This document shows, piece after piece, positions 9,984 through 19,101 of a stretch of DNA of 64,000 nt. Numbering within the stretch: the first letter of the stretch is position 1; every line of letters begins with the position of its first letter. This DNA is from an uncultured Acidimicrobiales bacterium (GTDB lineage: Bacteria > Actinomycetota > Acidimicrobiia > Acidimicrobiales > UBA10347). A program made the position numbers and the translations under genes. A model generated the notes under the pieces. That model had not been told where the DNA came from and did not search any database. It saw only the letters and a list, made by a program, of their open reading frames with translations. Location of the stretch: the NCBI GenBank assembly GCA_943788915.1, contig CALSSD010000005.1, forward strand, positions 620,001 to 684,000. The letters run 5' to 3'.

Positions 9984-10643
9984 TCAGCGTGCTTCGAACG
10001 TGGCTGGTGTTGCGCCGAACACGATGTGGTCACCCGACTGCAGTTGGGCCTCGTTGATGGGAGTTCCGTTGACGGTCGTGCCGTTGGTCGAGCCGTGGTC
10101 CGTGAGTGTCCAGCCGCCAGGTGCTCGTTGGATCACTGCATGGTGTCGGCTGACGTTTTCGTCGCTCAGAATGAGTGAACAGTCCGGAAGTCGACCGACC
10201 GTGAACGGGCCATCATCGATCGTGAATCGTTCGCCGGTCTCCATCACGAGCGCGGCGGTTGTCGGTGTGGTTGCGCCTTCTCGCCATTGCGCTTGGACCT
10301 GCAACGTGCCTTCGGGATATTCGGCCGCTTCGACCAGTACCACTGAAACCGGGCCAAGAACCCGATAGCTCTCGTCGGCGATATGGGTGCGGGCGGCTTC
10401 GATGAGTTCGTTGGTGAGTGGCGTCTCGACTTCTTGGAATCGCTCGTAGTCAGCGGTCGAGATGTACACCCAATAGTGGTTTGGGACAGCGAGTGCACCG
10501 TCGACGGCGACCGACTGATTCGCGTCGATCTCGCGGACGATCCGACGGCCGATTTCGATCGGGTTCAGGCCGGTTTTGAAGACGCGGGCGAAGGTGCCTT
10601 CAACGAGATGTTCGAGCCGCCGTTCAAAATTCCGCAGTACCAC
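9984..10643 (-). CDS. fhaA: DUF3662 + FHA domain protein
   Basis: FERRLEHLVEGTFARVF N-terminus; GR...SRHHA...STNGT FHA motif; GTG start chosen at 10643. Confidence 0.9.
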   Translation of the reverse strand: MVLRNFERRLEHLVEGTFARVFKTGLNPIEIGRRIVREIDANQSVAVDGALAVPNHYWVYISTADYERFQEVETPLTNELIEAARTHIADESYRVLGPVSVVLVEAAEYPEGTLQVQAQWREGATTPTTAALVMETGERFTIDDGPFTVGRLPDCSLILSDENVSRHHAVIQRAPGGWTLTDHGSTNGTTVNGTPINEAQLQSGDHIVFGATPATFEAR

Positions 10644-10656
10644 GTCAGTGAGCTTA

Positions 10657-11374
10657 CTATCCGTTGCGGTCGGCGGTGATCTGATCAGCCATGGTGACCA
10701 ACGTTGCGCCCCGAAACTCACGCATCATGCGGGCGTAGGCCTTGGCATCGAGCGCAGCGAGCGCAACAGCTTCTTCGACCGCAGCTGCGACGACGTGGTC
10801 CGACGGCACCACTCGGTCGAGGAAACCAACGTCTATGGCAGTTGCCGGGTCTGTCAGCCGTGCATTAACAATCGATCGTTGGAGATGGCGTTTGCTGATC
10901 CGTTCGCGGGCGATCGTGTACGCCCAGTCGGGCAGTGTCATGCCGATAGCGACCTCGTTCAGGCCGACTTTGAATGGTCCGTCGGCGCCGACTCGAATAT
11001 CGGCACCGAGCAGCATGAGTGCGCCGGCCGCAAGGGCGTGTCCGGTGCACGCTGCCACGACAGGGATCGTGGCCCCGTACATATGGCGCACGAGTTCCCC
11101 GCCATCGGCCACCATCTCGGCTACTGCACTCGTATCGCCTGCCTGAATCACGCTCAGATCGAATCCAGCGCAGAAGCGACCTTCGCGACCGGCGACGACC
11201 GCAGCGATGCAGTTGGGGTCCGCTTCGGCGGCGGTCAGGGCTCTGCGTATGTCTGCGATCATCGACCGCGACAGTGCATTGGCTTTGCCGTCGTCCATCG
11301 TGATGAGCGCGACCCGACGCAGGATCTTGGTCACCGTCGACGTCGAAATGGGTTGTCGTTACCTGTTCAGACAT
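10657..11374 (-). CDS. Enoyl-CoA hydratase/isomerase (crotonase) family (probable 1-nt indel near 11314)
   Basis: MDDGKANAL, FCAGFDL, GHALAAG and GLNEVAIG motifs; GGAG-ATG start at 11374 lies in a different frame. Confidence 0.85.
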
Positions 11375-11429
11375 CTCCGAGTGATACGACAGTCAGGGGG
11401 TTGGCACCAAATCCGCCGGTGAGTGCGCG

Positions 11430-11915
11430 TTACACCACCGGTTCGATCGAGGCGTTGTCCCAGCTGCGCCGCAGCACGGACAGGTCATCATCGGTACGGT
11501 CAGCAACCATGTGTGACAAGGCCCAGGCCTCGGCGGCGTCGAGTAATGCGGCAGGTGCGGGGAGCTGAGCAGGGCCCCCACCCTGGTTGGCCATATGAGC
11601 GAACTCGCCCTGGGCTCGCATCTCGATCGATGCGCCTTTCATGGCCGCGAGCAAGGGCGACAACAGCGCACCGAGAAGGCCCTTCTTCTTCTCGACTTGT
11701 ATCGGGACAACTGCAGCGGCCGACCCATCGAGTCGCTCCATCATCTGTAGTCGGAGATCTCGCAGTTCGGCACTCTCGTCGGCGGTCAGCAACTGGCGCG
11801 CCGCCCGCAGCACCTTGACCTCGTCGATGTGGGAGATCCGGCGGACCGAAACCTGCCCTGGAGCGTTCTGCATGAGCTCGTCGGCCCGGGTCAGCAGTTC
11901 GTCGTGAAGACTCAT
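11430..11915 (-). CDS. Hypothetical protein
   Basis: ATG at 11915 downstream of the tRNA-Leu hairpin; coding-like helical sequence, no motif recognised. Confidence 0.6.
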   Translation of the reverse strand: MSLHDELLTRADELMQNAPGQVSVRRISHIDEVKVLRAARQLLTADESAELRDLRLQMMERLDGSAAAVVPIQVEKKKGLLGALLSPLLAAMKGASIEMRAQGEFAHMANQGGGPAQLPAPAALLDAAEAWALSHMVADRTDDDLSVLRRSWDNASIEPVV

Positions 11916-12003
11916 GATGCCAGTACAGCACGAGAGGTCGGGGCTACGGGTAAAAAGGCCGCAGCCCCACCAGATGGCGGGGCTGCGAGCTCGTTTCTTG
12001 CTG

Positions 12004-12087
12004 TGCGCGAGGGGGGACTTGAACCCCCACATCCCTAAGGACACAGGCACCTGAAGCCTGCGCGTCTGCCAATTCCGCCACTCGCGC
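12004..12087 (-). tRNA. tRNA-Leu(CAG)
   Basis: GCGCGAGTGGCGGAATTGGCAGACGCG-CAGGC TT CAG GT GCCTG-long variable arm-GGTTCAAGTCC; conserved position after fhaA. Confidence 0.97.
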
Positions 12088-12227
12088 GTGACGCTCAGCA
12101 TGAGTGAGCGAAATCACTCTATCTCTCAGCCTTGGCGAACGGGCAAGCGAATTCGTGTTCATCTCTCATGCCCATCAACGACGCTTTGTGAGAGTTTTCT
12201 CGTAGGCAAGACGAACACCGGCCACAA

Positions 12228-12263
12228 CGAAAAGTTATCTCCCCCTGGGGACGTAACTTTTCG
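12228..12263. repeat. Imperfect palindrome, family copy 3 (CGAAAAGTTATCTCCCCC-T-GGGGACGTAACTTTTCG)
   Basis: Same core and same GGGGACGTAAC right arm as copy 1. Confidence 0.85.
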
Positions 12264-12282
12264 AGTGGGCGCGCCAGCTGAC

Positions 12283-12336
12283 TGTCACACAGGGTCGGTG
12301 TCACACGGCGTGGGTGTCACAGGGGCGCGCTAGGTT
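12283..12336 (+). promoter_or_regulatory. PafBC/RecA-NDp-like promoter: TGTCAC x3 at a 16-bp period, the last followed by N10-TAGGTT
   Basis: TGTCAC at 12283, 12299 and 12315; TAGGTT at 12331-12336. Confidence 0.65.
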
Positions 12337-12381
12337 CAGAGTTGCTTCCCTTCCAACGCCGACACAAGGAAGCATTTTCTC

Positions 12382-13080
12382 GTGAACACGATCATCACCC
12401 GAGTGCAAGCACTCATTGCTAAAGCCGAGTCATCGCCATATCCCGCCGAAGCCGATGCGTTTATGGCCAAGGCGCAGCAGCTCATCAATGACCACGCGAT
12501 CGATCAAGCCAGGCTTACCGGCGCCGATCCCACGTCGGTTGGGCACGACACTGTGCCCTTGACCGGGACCTACACCAAGGAGCGGTCATTGATCTGGAGC
12601 GCTGCAGCCAAAGCGAACCGTTGCCAGATACTCACGCTGTCCGGTTATGGCACATCGAAGGTAGCGAGCCTGACACTGATTGGACGAGAACAGGATCGCC
12701 AACTGGTGCGGCTGCTGGCCACGTCACTCGAACTCCAGGCACTGAAACGACTCGACAGCCTCGATCCCCAGGCGACCGCCGGAAGCCCGGTTGTGCAAAA
12801 GCGCAGCTTCCTTCGTGGCTTCGCGCTCGAAGTCGCCGATCGCCTTCGACGTTCAGGCCACACCCACGCGGTCGTTGGCCAGGCTGCCGAACAGGCGCTG
12901 GTGCTCGCCCGAGATGCTGTCGATCGGTACGTCGGCGACAACTTCGACGTCAGCCGCGGCCGCCGAGCCACGGTCCGCCACGACGGTCTGGCGTTCTCCC
13001 ACGGGCGTAGGGCAGGCGCCAGCGCCGACGTCGGGGCGTCACGTATCGGCTCTGACCGGCGATCCTTGCCGCCGGGCTAA
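12382..13080 (+). CDS. DUF2786 domain protein
   Basis: RVQALIAKAES...EADAFMAKAQQLI N-terminal signature; SFLRGFA. Confidence 0.85.
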   Translation: MNTIITRVQALIAKAESSPYPAEADAFMAKAQQLINDHAIDQARLTGADPTSVGHDTVPLTGTYTKERSLIWSAAAKANRCQILTLSGYGTSKVASLTLIGREQDRQLVRLLATSLELQALKRLDSLDPQATAGSPVVQKRSFLRGFALEVADRLRRSGHTHAVVGQAAEQALVLARDAVDRYVGDNFDVSRGRRATVRHDGLAFSHGRRAGASADVGASRIGSDRRSLPPG

Positions 13081-13230
13081 GCGCTCTGTCACCAAACCTT
13101 GACCTGAAAACGACCAAACGGCCGGGACCCGACGTGGCCCGACCGCTTGGTGCGTCTCTGAATGTAGACACGTGGCGTGCCCGAGTGCACGTTCAGCGCA
13201 CTGTATTTAGACCGTAATTTAGACCGTAAT

Positions 13231-13716
13231 TTAAAAGGTAGACGTGCCGCCGCTGGCAGCATCGTCGCCACCAGAGCCCTTGAAGTCGTCAGCTGTAGGA
13301 ATGCCGATACCGGAATCCTTGCCTGACAAGAAGGCCCCAGCAGCGGTGGCTGCGGTTGCGATGAGCCCAAGGTAGAGGCCGATCGCTGTGTTACTGGTTT
13401 CGGTAAGCCAACGCAGTACAACCAGGACGAAACCAAGGCCAGCGAGCACCATCGCGACTTGTTCGGTTTCCATACCCAGGACTTTGGCTTCGAACATGCC
13501 CATTGCTTTGAGTGCGATAAGCACGCCAGCTGCGAGTGCAAGCAAGCACCCGAACCAGGCAGCAAAGCCGGCACTCCATGCGTTTACGCTGGTGTCAACG
13601 CCGGGCAGGTCGAACCCAAAGTCGAAGCTGTACCAGGGAAGTATCGAAGCAATAAAAGCTACGATGCCACCGCCGCCAGCGATCATGTTACTTTGACTGA
13701 GTTTGCTGAAGTCCAT
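13231..13716 (-). CDS. Hypothetical 4-TM membrane protein
   Basis: GAGGA RBS; four hydrophobic segments, LPWY motif. Confidence 0.75.
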   Translation of the reverse strand: MDFSKLSQSNMIAGGGGIVAFIASILPWYSFDFGFDLPGVDTSVNAWSAGFAAWFGCLLALAAGVLIALKAMGMFEAKVLGMETEQVAMVLAGLGFVLVVLRWLTETSNTAIGLYLGLIATAATAAGAFLSGKDSGIGIPTADDFKGSGGDDAASGGTSTF

Positions 13717-14281
13717 GGAAAGTTCCTCTCAATGGAATTTTGGTCCGCCGAAAATGGGCAGTGACCGCCGTATGAACGTCATCAGTCTGGCAAAGATCGC
13801 CAACATCTTCTGGATTACCCCCTGCGGATGACATACCAAGACGCAAGAAACGGCTCTAGTACGAGGTTTTTTGAGGTTTGGAGCCCGGGACTATTCGACC
13901 AATAACCAGCTTCGAGACTCCCCGTCGACCGTCGGGGCGTGAAGGAACGCCCGTTCCGCCACCTGCTCTTGAAACGATGCCGTGGGGCTGAAGCACTGAC
14001 GTTGCTCGCAGCCGACTCGGCCTTGAGTAACGCAACCCGTTGGCGCAACACACGAACTTTTTCGGCATAGGGGATCGCCGGGGTTGGCCATGAGGTGCCA
14101 AGCACCCGGTGATCGGTTGCCGTCAGACCGTGTGGTGACGGCTCGAGTTGCTGCACGGCATGCACTGCCACGCCTGCATGTCGACACATCTATGTGTGCA
14201 ACAGCCGTTGGGTCGTTCAGTGAGCTGATCTACCCACCCCATGCTGAGCAACGACAGGCAGTGTTTAACGACAGGCGGTGT

Positions 14282-14992
14282 TTACTGGCCGAACATCATG
14301 AGCCACTGCTCCGCGCTCTTCGGCGCAAAGACATAGTTGTACTGGCGCGTCTTGGCCATCGTCTGCGACGGCTCAGGCGAGTAGAGATGGCCCGGGAACA
14401 ACACCGCTTCGTCGGGCACATGCGCCAATCGTTGGGTGAGCGTGGTGTAGAGCTCTGCCGGGTCGCCGCCGGGCAGATCGGTGCGACCGCATCCTTCGAT
14501 GAACAATGTGTCGCCGCCCAAGAAGTGGTTGTCGACCAGGAAGGTCTGACTACCGGGTGTGTGCCCCGGTGTGTGGATCAGTTCGATGGGGACATTGCCA
14601 ACCATCATCGTGTCGCTGCCATCGTGGATCACGAGATCATCGTTGGTGACACCGGTGACCTTGCGCACGAACTCGGCCTCGGCTGCCTGCACGTGCACCG
14701 GGATCTGCTTCTGAGTTAGCAACTCGGCGATGCCCTCGAGTTTGTAGCCCATCATGGAACCGCCAACATGGTCGGCGTGATAATGCGTGGCCAGCGCGCC
14801 AACAATCTCCATACCGTCGGCGTCAGCGATCTCAATCAGGTCACCCACGTTGTAGGCCGGATCAACAACGACGGCCTTGCCGGTTTCCGGGTCGCCAACG
14901 AGATAACAGAAGTTGCGCATCTGGCGGGCGATTTGATCGTCCTGGGCAAAGTCTCGCCCTGACAGCAGTTGGCGGAAGTACACGTTCGACAT
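14282..14992 (-). CDS. MBL-fold metallo-hydrolase (glyoxalase II-like)
   Basis: THYHADH, TPGHTPG, GDTLF..GCGRTD and FPGH motifs. Confidence 0.92.
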   Translation of the reverse strand: MSNVYFRQLLSGRDFAQDDQIARQMRNFCYLVGDPETGKAVVVDPAYNVGDLIEIADADGMEIVGALATHYHADHVGGSMMGYKLEGIAELLTQKQIPVHVQAAEAEFVRKVTGVTNDDLVIHDGSDTMMVGNVPIELIHTPGHTPGSQTFLVDNHFLGGDTLFIEGCGRTDLPGGDPAELYTTLTQRLAHVPDEAVLFPGHLYSPEPSQTMAKTRQYNYVFAPKSAEQWLMMFGQ

Positions 14993-15159
14993 AACCCCCA
15001 CCCTAGATCCGCGACGCTCCGTGACCGACACTCACATCTGTGAGCCAGAGTCCGCGACATACGCGGCTGTGTTCTTGCGGGACATAGCGAACACATGTCG
15101 CCTGAGCGTCACAGATGAACGAGCGAAGTGTTCGAGGCGATGCGTTCTAGAGTTATACG

Positions 15160-16092
15160 GTGACTTCTCAGCGCACGATCGGTTATCTAGGGCCCCATGG
15201 CACCTTCACTGAACAGGCGGTACTTTCTGAGCCCGACCTGGCCGACTGTGACGCTCAGCTATTTAGTTCCATGCCAGCAGTGCTGAATGCCGTCGAGACC
15301 GGCGAACTTGATCTTGGGTTCGCTGCAATCGAGAACAGCATCGAAGGCACGGTCAATGCCACCATTGACACGCTGGCGTTCTCATCGAACTTGCTGATCC
15401 AGCGCGAAGTTGTCATCCCGATTTCGATGGAGCTTCTGGTGGCTCCGGGGGCCACGCTCGATTCGATCGAGACGGTCGTGTCGTTCCCACATGCCATCGC
15501 TCAATGCCGAGTCTGGCTCGCCGAACATCTACCCAACGCTCGCCACACGGCCGCGAACTCCACCGCCGATGCCGTCGAACTGGTGGCTAAGGCACAGGAT
15601 CCCACTGTCGCCGCAATCGGCAACTCGCTGGCAGGCTCCATTTATGGACTGGTCGAGCTGTCCAACAGCATCGAGGACACCGAAGACAACCAGACACGTT
15701 TCGTGACCGTCGCCCGCCACGGTGTGCCCAAGATCACCGGCCACGACAAGACATCGATTGTGATCTTTCAGCGCGATGACCGACCTGGCTCGCTTCTCTC
15801 GATCTTGCAAGAGTTCTCGGCTCGCCAGATCAACCTGTCGAAGCTCGAGAGCCGTCCCACCAAAAAGGGGCTAGGTAACTACTGTTTTATTATGGATCTC
15901 GACGGGCATATCTCTGATGCCGTCGTGGCTGATGCCCTAAAGAACATTATGGCCAAACAGGCCGACGTGAAGTTCTTGGGTTCCTACCCCACTGTCGGCA
16001 ACGGATCCAGCGAAGTGCGGGCCGACGCAAACGCTGCATGGCGATCCGCCGAAGACTGGCTCGCCTCAATTCGCTCGCAGATCAATGACTGA
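15160..16092 (+). CDS. pheA: Prephenate dehydratase
   Basis: YLGPHGTF, ENSIEG, NQTRF and ESRP (ACT) motifs. Confidence 0.95.
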   Translation: MTSQRTIGYLGPHGTFTEQAVLSEPDLADCDAQLFSSMPAVLNAVETGELDLGFAAIENSIEGTVNATIDTLAFSSNLLIQREVVIPISMELLVAPGATLDSIETVVSFPHAIAQCRVWLAEHLPNARHTAANSTADAVELVAKAQDPTVAAIGNSLAGSIYGLVELSNSIEDTEDNQTRFVTVARHGVPKITGHDKTSIVIFQRDDRPGSLLSILQEFSARQINLSKLESRPTKKGLGNYCFIMDLDGHISDAVVADALKNIMAKQADVKFLGSYPTVGNGSSEVRADANAAWRSAEDWLASIRSQIND

Positions 16093-16564
16093 CACCACGT
16101 CTGAGACCACCGCACCGACGCCAGGCCCGACGCCAGCCACAGTAACGCCGCTGACAGTGATGCCGCTGAATGGCCGCATCGTGTTCGCACTTCGCCAGGC
16201 GGCGTTGCTTGCAGTCGCGTTGCTCGTCGCTGGCCTGGTCACCGAACGATTGCGGCCAGACGAGGCGCTCGACCGTGGCATCACGTCCACTCCTTACCTG
16301 TGGGCGGTCGTGCTGTGGCTGATCGTGTTGTTGGTTAATGCAGTTGCCTTCGAAGAGTCGCTGACGAGAGCGCTCGAAGGCGTGCCGTTTTACTGCGGAG
16401 CCGGTATCGGCGTACTCGTCTTCGTGATCGGACTCGTAAGCCTGGACGCCGGAAACTTCGGTCGCCGCCTTGTCTATCTCTTTGCGGTCAGCGTGGGCGC
16501 CGTCATGTTCTGGTGGGCTGTGGCCAGCCTGGGTTATCTGCTCACCCGCCGCATCACCGACTGA
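16085..16564 (+). CDS. Hypothetical membrane protein
   Basis: Overlaps pheA stop; four hydrophobic helices. Confidence 0.7.
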   Translation: MTDTTSETTAPTPGPTPATVTPLTVMPLNGRIVFALRQAALLAVALLVAGLVTERLRPDEALDRGITSTPYLWAVVLWLIVLLVNAVAFEESLTRALEGVPFYCGAGIGVLVFVIGLVSLDAGNFGRRLVYLFAVSVGAVMFWWAVASLGYLLTRRITD

Positions 16565-16583
16565 GTCACCGTCCTGATCAGGG

Positions 16584-18080
16584 TCAGAGGTTGGACGTGG
16601 CTGCTTCGAACCGAGAACGCGCTTGCGCGGCGTTGCCGTCGGCGATGAGGGATGCAATCCCGATGGCATCGAGGGAATCACCGGATGCATCCACGAGAAC
16701 CGGTGGGCCATCCCAACTGTGCTCCCACGAGTACGCGCCGGTGGCAGCAGCGGCTTCGACCACCACACATCTGGCCCACTTGGTGCGGCGTTCGGTTGGG
16801 TCCTTGATCGACTTCAGGCAGGCCTGCATCGATCCATCGACGTTGGACCATGTGTCGTCGGTCGACCAGGTGAAGGCCTGCTCGAGTTGATCGGTCGCGG
16901 CGACTTCGTCGTCGAACACGATCGACGCAAGGCTCTCTGTCTTGACGGAGTAGACCTCATCGACGAGGTCGTCCCATGAGCGTGGTTCGGTGCGATGAGT
17001 CATGAGTTTCGTGGCCCACGTGCCCACAGCGATTTCGGTCGAACGAGCGTCTTCGTCGAGCAGCGTGTATGCCGGTTGCTCGGCGCCTTCGAGGTCGGCT
17101 GTTCCGTTTTGGGAAACCATCGTCTCGATCCGCTCGATGCGTTCGGCGGGGGTCAGGTGTAGCTCGAACTCGTTGCGGTCCTTGGCCCGGCGACGTTCGA
17201 CATCTCGGCTGCGCTCGTTGGATCGAACCGTGGACTGCAGCATCTCGCCGAAGCCCCCAAACAAGTCGTCGGGATGCATCTGATTCTGCAAGGCAGGCAC
17301 GACATACTCGCGCAGCATCTGATCGAAGGCCACTGCGGTGTCGTCGAGTTTGAGCAGCGCCGAGGCAAGTGCTGTGTTTCCGTACGCCTCGATGGCGACA
17401 CGTTCCGCTGCTTCTTCCTGGGCAACCGCAACCCCGCCAACGCTGCGGAACATTTTTCGGGCGTAGGAGCCGTAGACGCCGTTGACAAATCCTTGACGCT
17501 CTTTGGCAATCAGGTCCTGCGCCGCTCGCAGACTGCGTTGGGCTCGGACACCCTCGAGTACGCCTATGTCGGCGTAGTGGGCGAGTTCATAAGCGAGCAG
17601 CGCGGCCAGTTCATGACGAGTCATGGACCGCAAGTACGGCAGACCGATCGTCAACACGCTCTGTTCGACCGTGCGGCCGAAGTACTGGGTGGACTCGGTG
17701 ATGCCGAATTCGGCGGCGGTCACCAAATAGATGGTGTCGGGCATGGGTGCACCAACCGAGTCTGCGACCTGGTGCACGAAGTTGGTCAACGCTGCTTCGG
17801 ACTCCCCCACCATGCTGCCGGCGGGTTCTTCGAAGGAACCGTTCTTGGCGGTGAGCAGACCCCACGACAGGCCGGCGACCAGAGCTGCCGCAGCAGTGAA
17901 TATCCGCGAGAACCGGCCGGTCAGGATGTAGAAGAGGCTGACGCTGATCATGATTGCGCATACACCGATCGCAAACGCGTAGAAGCCAACCTGCCATCGT
18001 TTGACCTTGTCGCCAGCGGTTGGGTCATTGCCGACGTTCGGTTTACGAGCCTTCGCTGATTTTGTAGCGGTGTCGTTCAC
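16584..18080 (-). CDS. M48/HtpX-like membrane metallopeptidase homologue with a degenerate zinc motif (YELAH)
   Basis: 2 TMs, then PDTIYL...LTIGLPYL..MTRHELAALLAYELAH...QEEAAE, later HLTPAERI. Confidence 0.75.
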   Translation of the reverse strand: MNDTATKSAKARKPNVGNDPTAGDKVKRWQVGFYAFAIGVCAIMISVSLFYILTGRFSRIFTAAAALVAGLSWGLLTAKNGSFEEPAGSMVGESEAALTNFVHQVADSVGAPMPDTIYLVTAAEFGITESTQYFGRTVEQSVLTIGLPYLRSMTRHELAALLAYELAHYADIGVLEGVRAQRSLRAAQDLIAKERQGFVNGVYGSYARKMFRSVGGVAVAQEEAAERVAIEAYGNTALASALLKLDDTAVAFDQMLREYVVPALQNQMHPDDLFGGFGEMLQSTVRSNERSRDVERRRAKDRNEFELHLTPAERIERIETMVSQNGTADLEGAEQPAYTLLDEDARSTEIAVGTWATKLMTHRTEPRSWDDLVDEVYSVKTESLASIVFDDEVAATDQLEQAFTWSTDDTWSNVDGSMQACLKSIKDPTERRTKWARCVVVEAAAATGAYSWEHSWDGPPVLVDASGDSLDAIGIASLIADGNAAQARSRFEAATSNL

Positions 18081-18215
18081 GTTGCTGGTCCGATCGTTCT
18101 ACGACGTCGACAAGGATACTTCCTGTACATAGTCGGCATGACCTATGTGGTTGTTAGGAATTGTTCTCCGTATCGAAAGAATAGTCAGCTGACCACACAG
18201 CTGATCCGAAAACGA

Positions 18216-18247
18216 ACAAACCCCCAGCCTGCAGGCCGGGGGTTTGT
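18216..18247 (-). terminator. Hairpin downstream of tRNA-Ser(TGA), facing the M48-like gene
   Basis: ACAAACCCCCAGCC TGCA GGCCGGGGGTTTGT. Confidence 0.6.
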
Positions 18248-18274
18248 GCTGCGAATCTCATTGAAACGCTAGAG

Positions 18275-18361
18275 CGGAAGGAGGGGGATTCGAACCCCCG
18301 GGACCCGTGAAGGCCCATTAGTTTTCAAGACTAACGCAATCGTCCGCTCTGCCATCCTTCC
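18275..18361 (-). tRNA. tRNA-Ser(TGA)
   Basis: GGAAGGATGGCAGAGCGG...TTAGT CT TGA AA ACTAA...GGTTCGAATCC. Confidence 0.97.
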
Positions 18362-18440
18362 GTCATCGAATATAGCGAGCGCAACCGGCGATTTCACCGA
18401 TAAAGTTTTGATTCGGCATGTTGCACGCAACAAACCGTAT

Positions 18441-18532
18441 GGAGAGGTGGCCGAGTCCGGTTGAAGGCGCATCCCTGCTAAGGATGTAACGGGGTAACCT
18501 GTTCGAGGGTTCGAATCCCTCTCTCTCCGCCA
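18441..18532 (+). tRNA. tRNA-Ser(GCT)
   Basis: GGAGAGGTGGCCGAG...CATCC CT GCT AA GGATG...GGTTCGAATCC...CCA. Confidence 0.97.
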
Positions 18533-18546
18533 ACAGCCTCAAGCTC

Positions 18547-18585
18547 GAACCCCGCTACCTTTTAAGGTTGCGGGGTTCTGTTTGT
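18547..18585 (+). terminator. Intrinsic terminator after tRNA-Ser(GCT)
   Basis: GAACCCCGC-TACCTTTTAAGGTT-GCGGGGTTC followed by TGTTTGT. Confidence 0.7.
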
Positions 18586-18727
18586 CTCGGGGCGAGATCC
18601 GCCTGGCCGGTCCTCGATGATCTGGAGCAGGGCGAATAGTCCCAGGTCAGTGAGAGCATCAAGGCCGCTCGTGCTTGCGCACCAGGGTGTCGACGGCCGC
18701 GTGAACTGTTGGATGTACGCTTTTCTC

Positions 18728-19045
18728 GTGCCAGGAACCACACCAACCGCAGCGAACGCCGCGCTGTCGACGGCCATGGTCTTGGTGCCCAATGCCGCGG
18801 ATGGATGGCTGGCTGTCGACGACGAAGTGGTCGTGTACGACGTGCGCGCCCAGGCGTGTCATGTCTTCGAGGGCGTGGCTGCTCTTGCGTGGCAATGCCT
18901 GGACGGCGACGGATCAATCGACGACATACTCACCGATTTTGCCGACATTTTTGAGGTTGATCTCGAACTCGTGCAACAAGATCTCGTGCCGCTGTTCACC
19001 GACGGGTTCGAGAAAGAACTCATCGTGGAGAACCAGAATGACTGA
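18728..19045 (+). CDS. Stand-alone PqqD-family (RiPP recognition element-like) protein
   Basis: VDDEVVVYD...HVFEGVAALAWQCLDG..SIDDI...F.V....VQQDL: 3-strand/3-helix PqqD pattern; GTG lies 6 nt after TACGCT (start uncertain, 18713-18776). Confidence 0.85.
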   Translation: MPGTTPTAANAALSTAMVLVPNAADGWLAVDDEVVVYDVRAQACHVFEGVAALAWQCLDGDGSIDDILTDFADIFEVDLELVQQDLVPLFTDGFEKELIVENQND

Positions 19046-19101
19046 GCATTGGAAGACGCTGCCGAATCCCCCCCAACAAGTGAGGACGAGCTCAGCGGTC
19101 C

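Noticed and set aside
11430..12101. 223-aa ORF extending through tRNA-Leu (likewise ORFs 18269-18472 and 22179-22531 over tRNAs)
   Set aside because: The N-terminal extension is translated tRNA sequence
15088..15101. LexA (SOS) box upstream of pheA/MBL gene
   Set aside because: CGAAC-ACAT-GTCGC lacks the GTTC half-site
18562..18792. 76-aa minus-strand ORF as RiPP precursor for the PqqD cassette
   Set aside because: Overlaps the PqqD 5' end head-to-head, has no RBS and no recognisable leader motif; likely a shadow ORF
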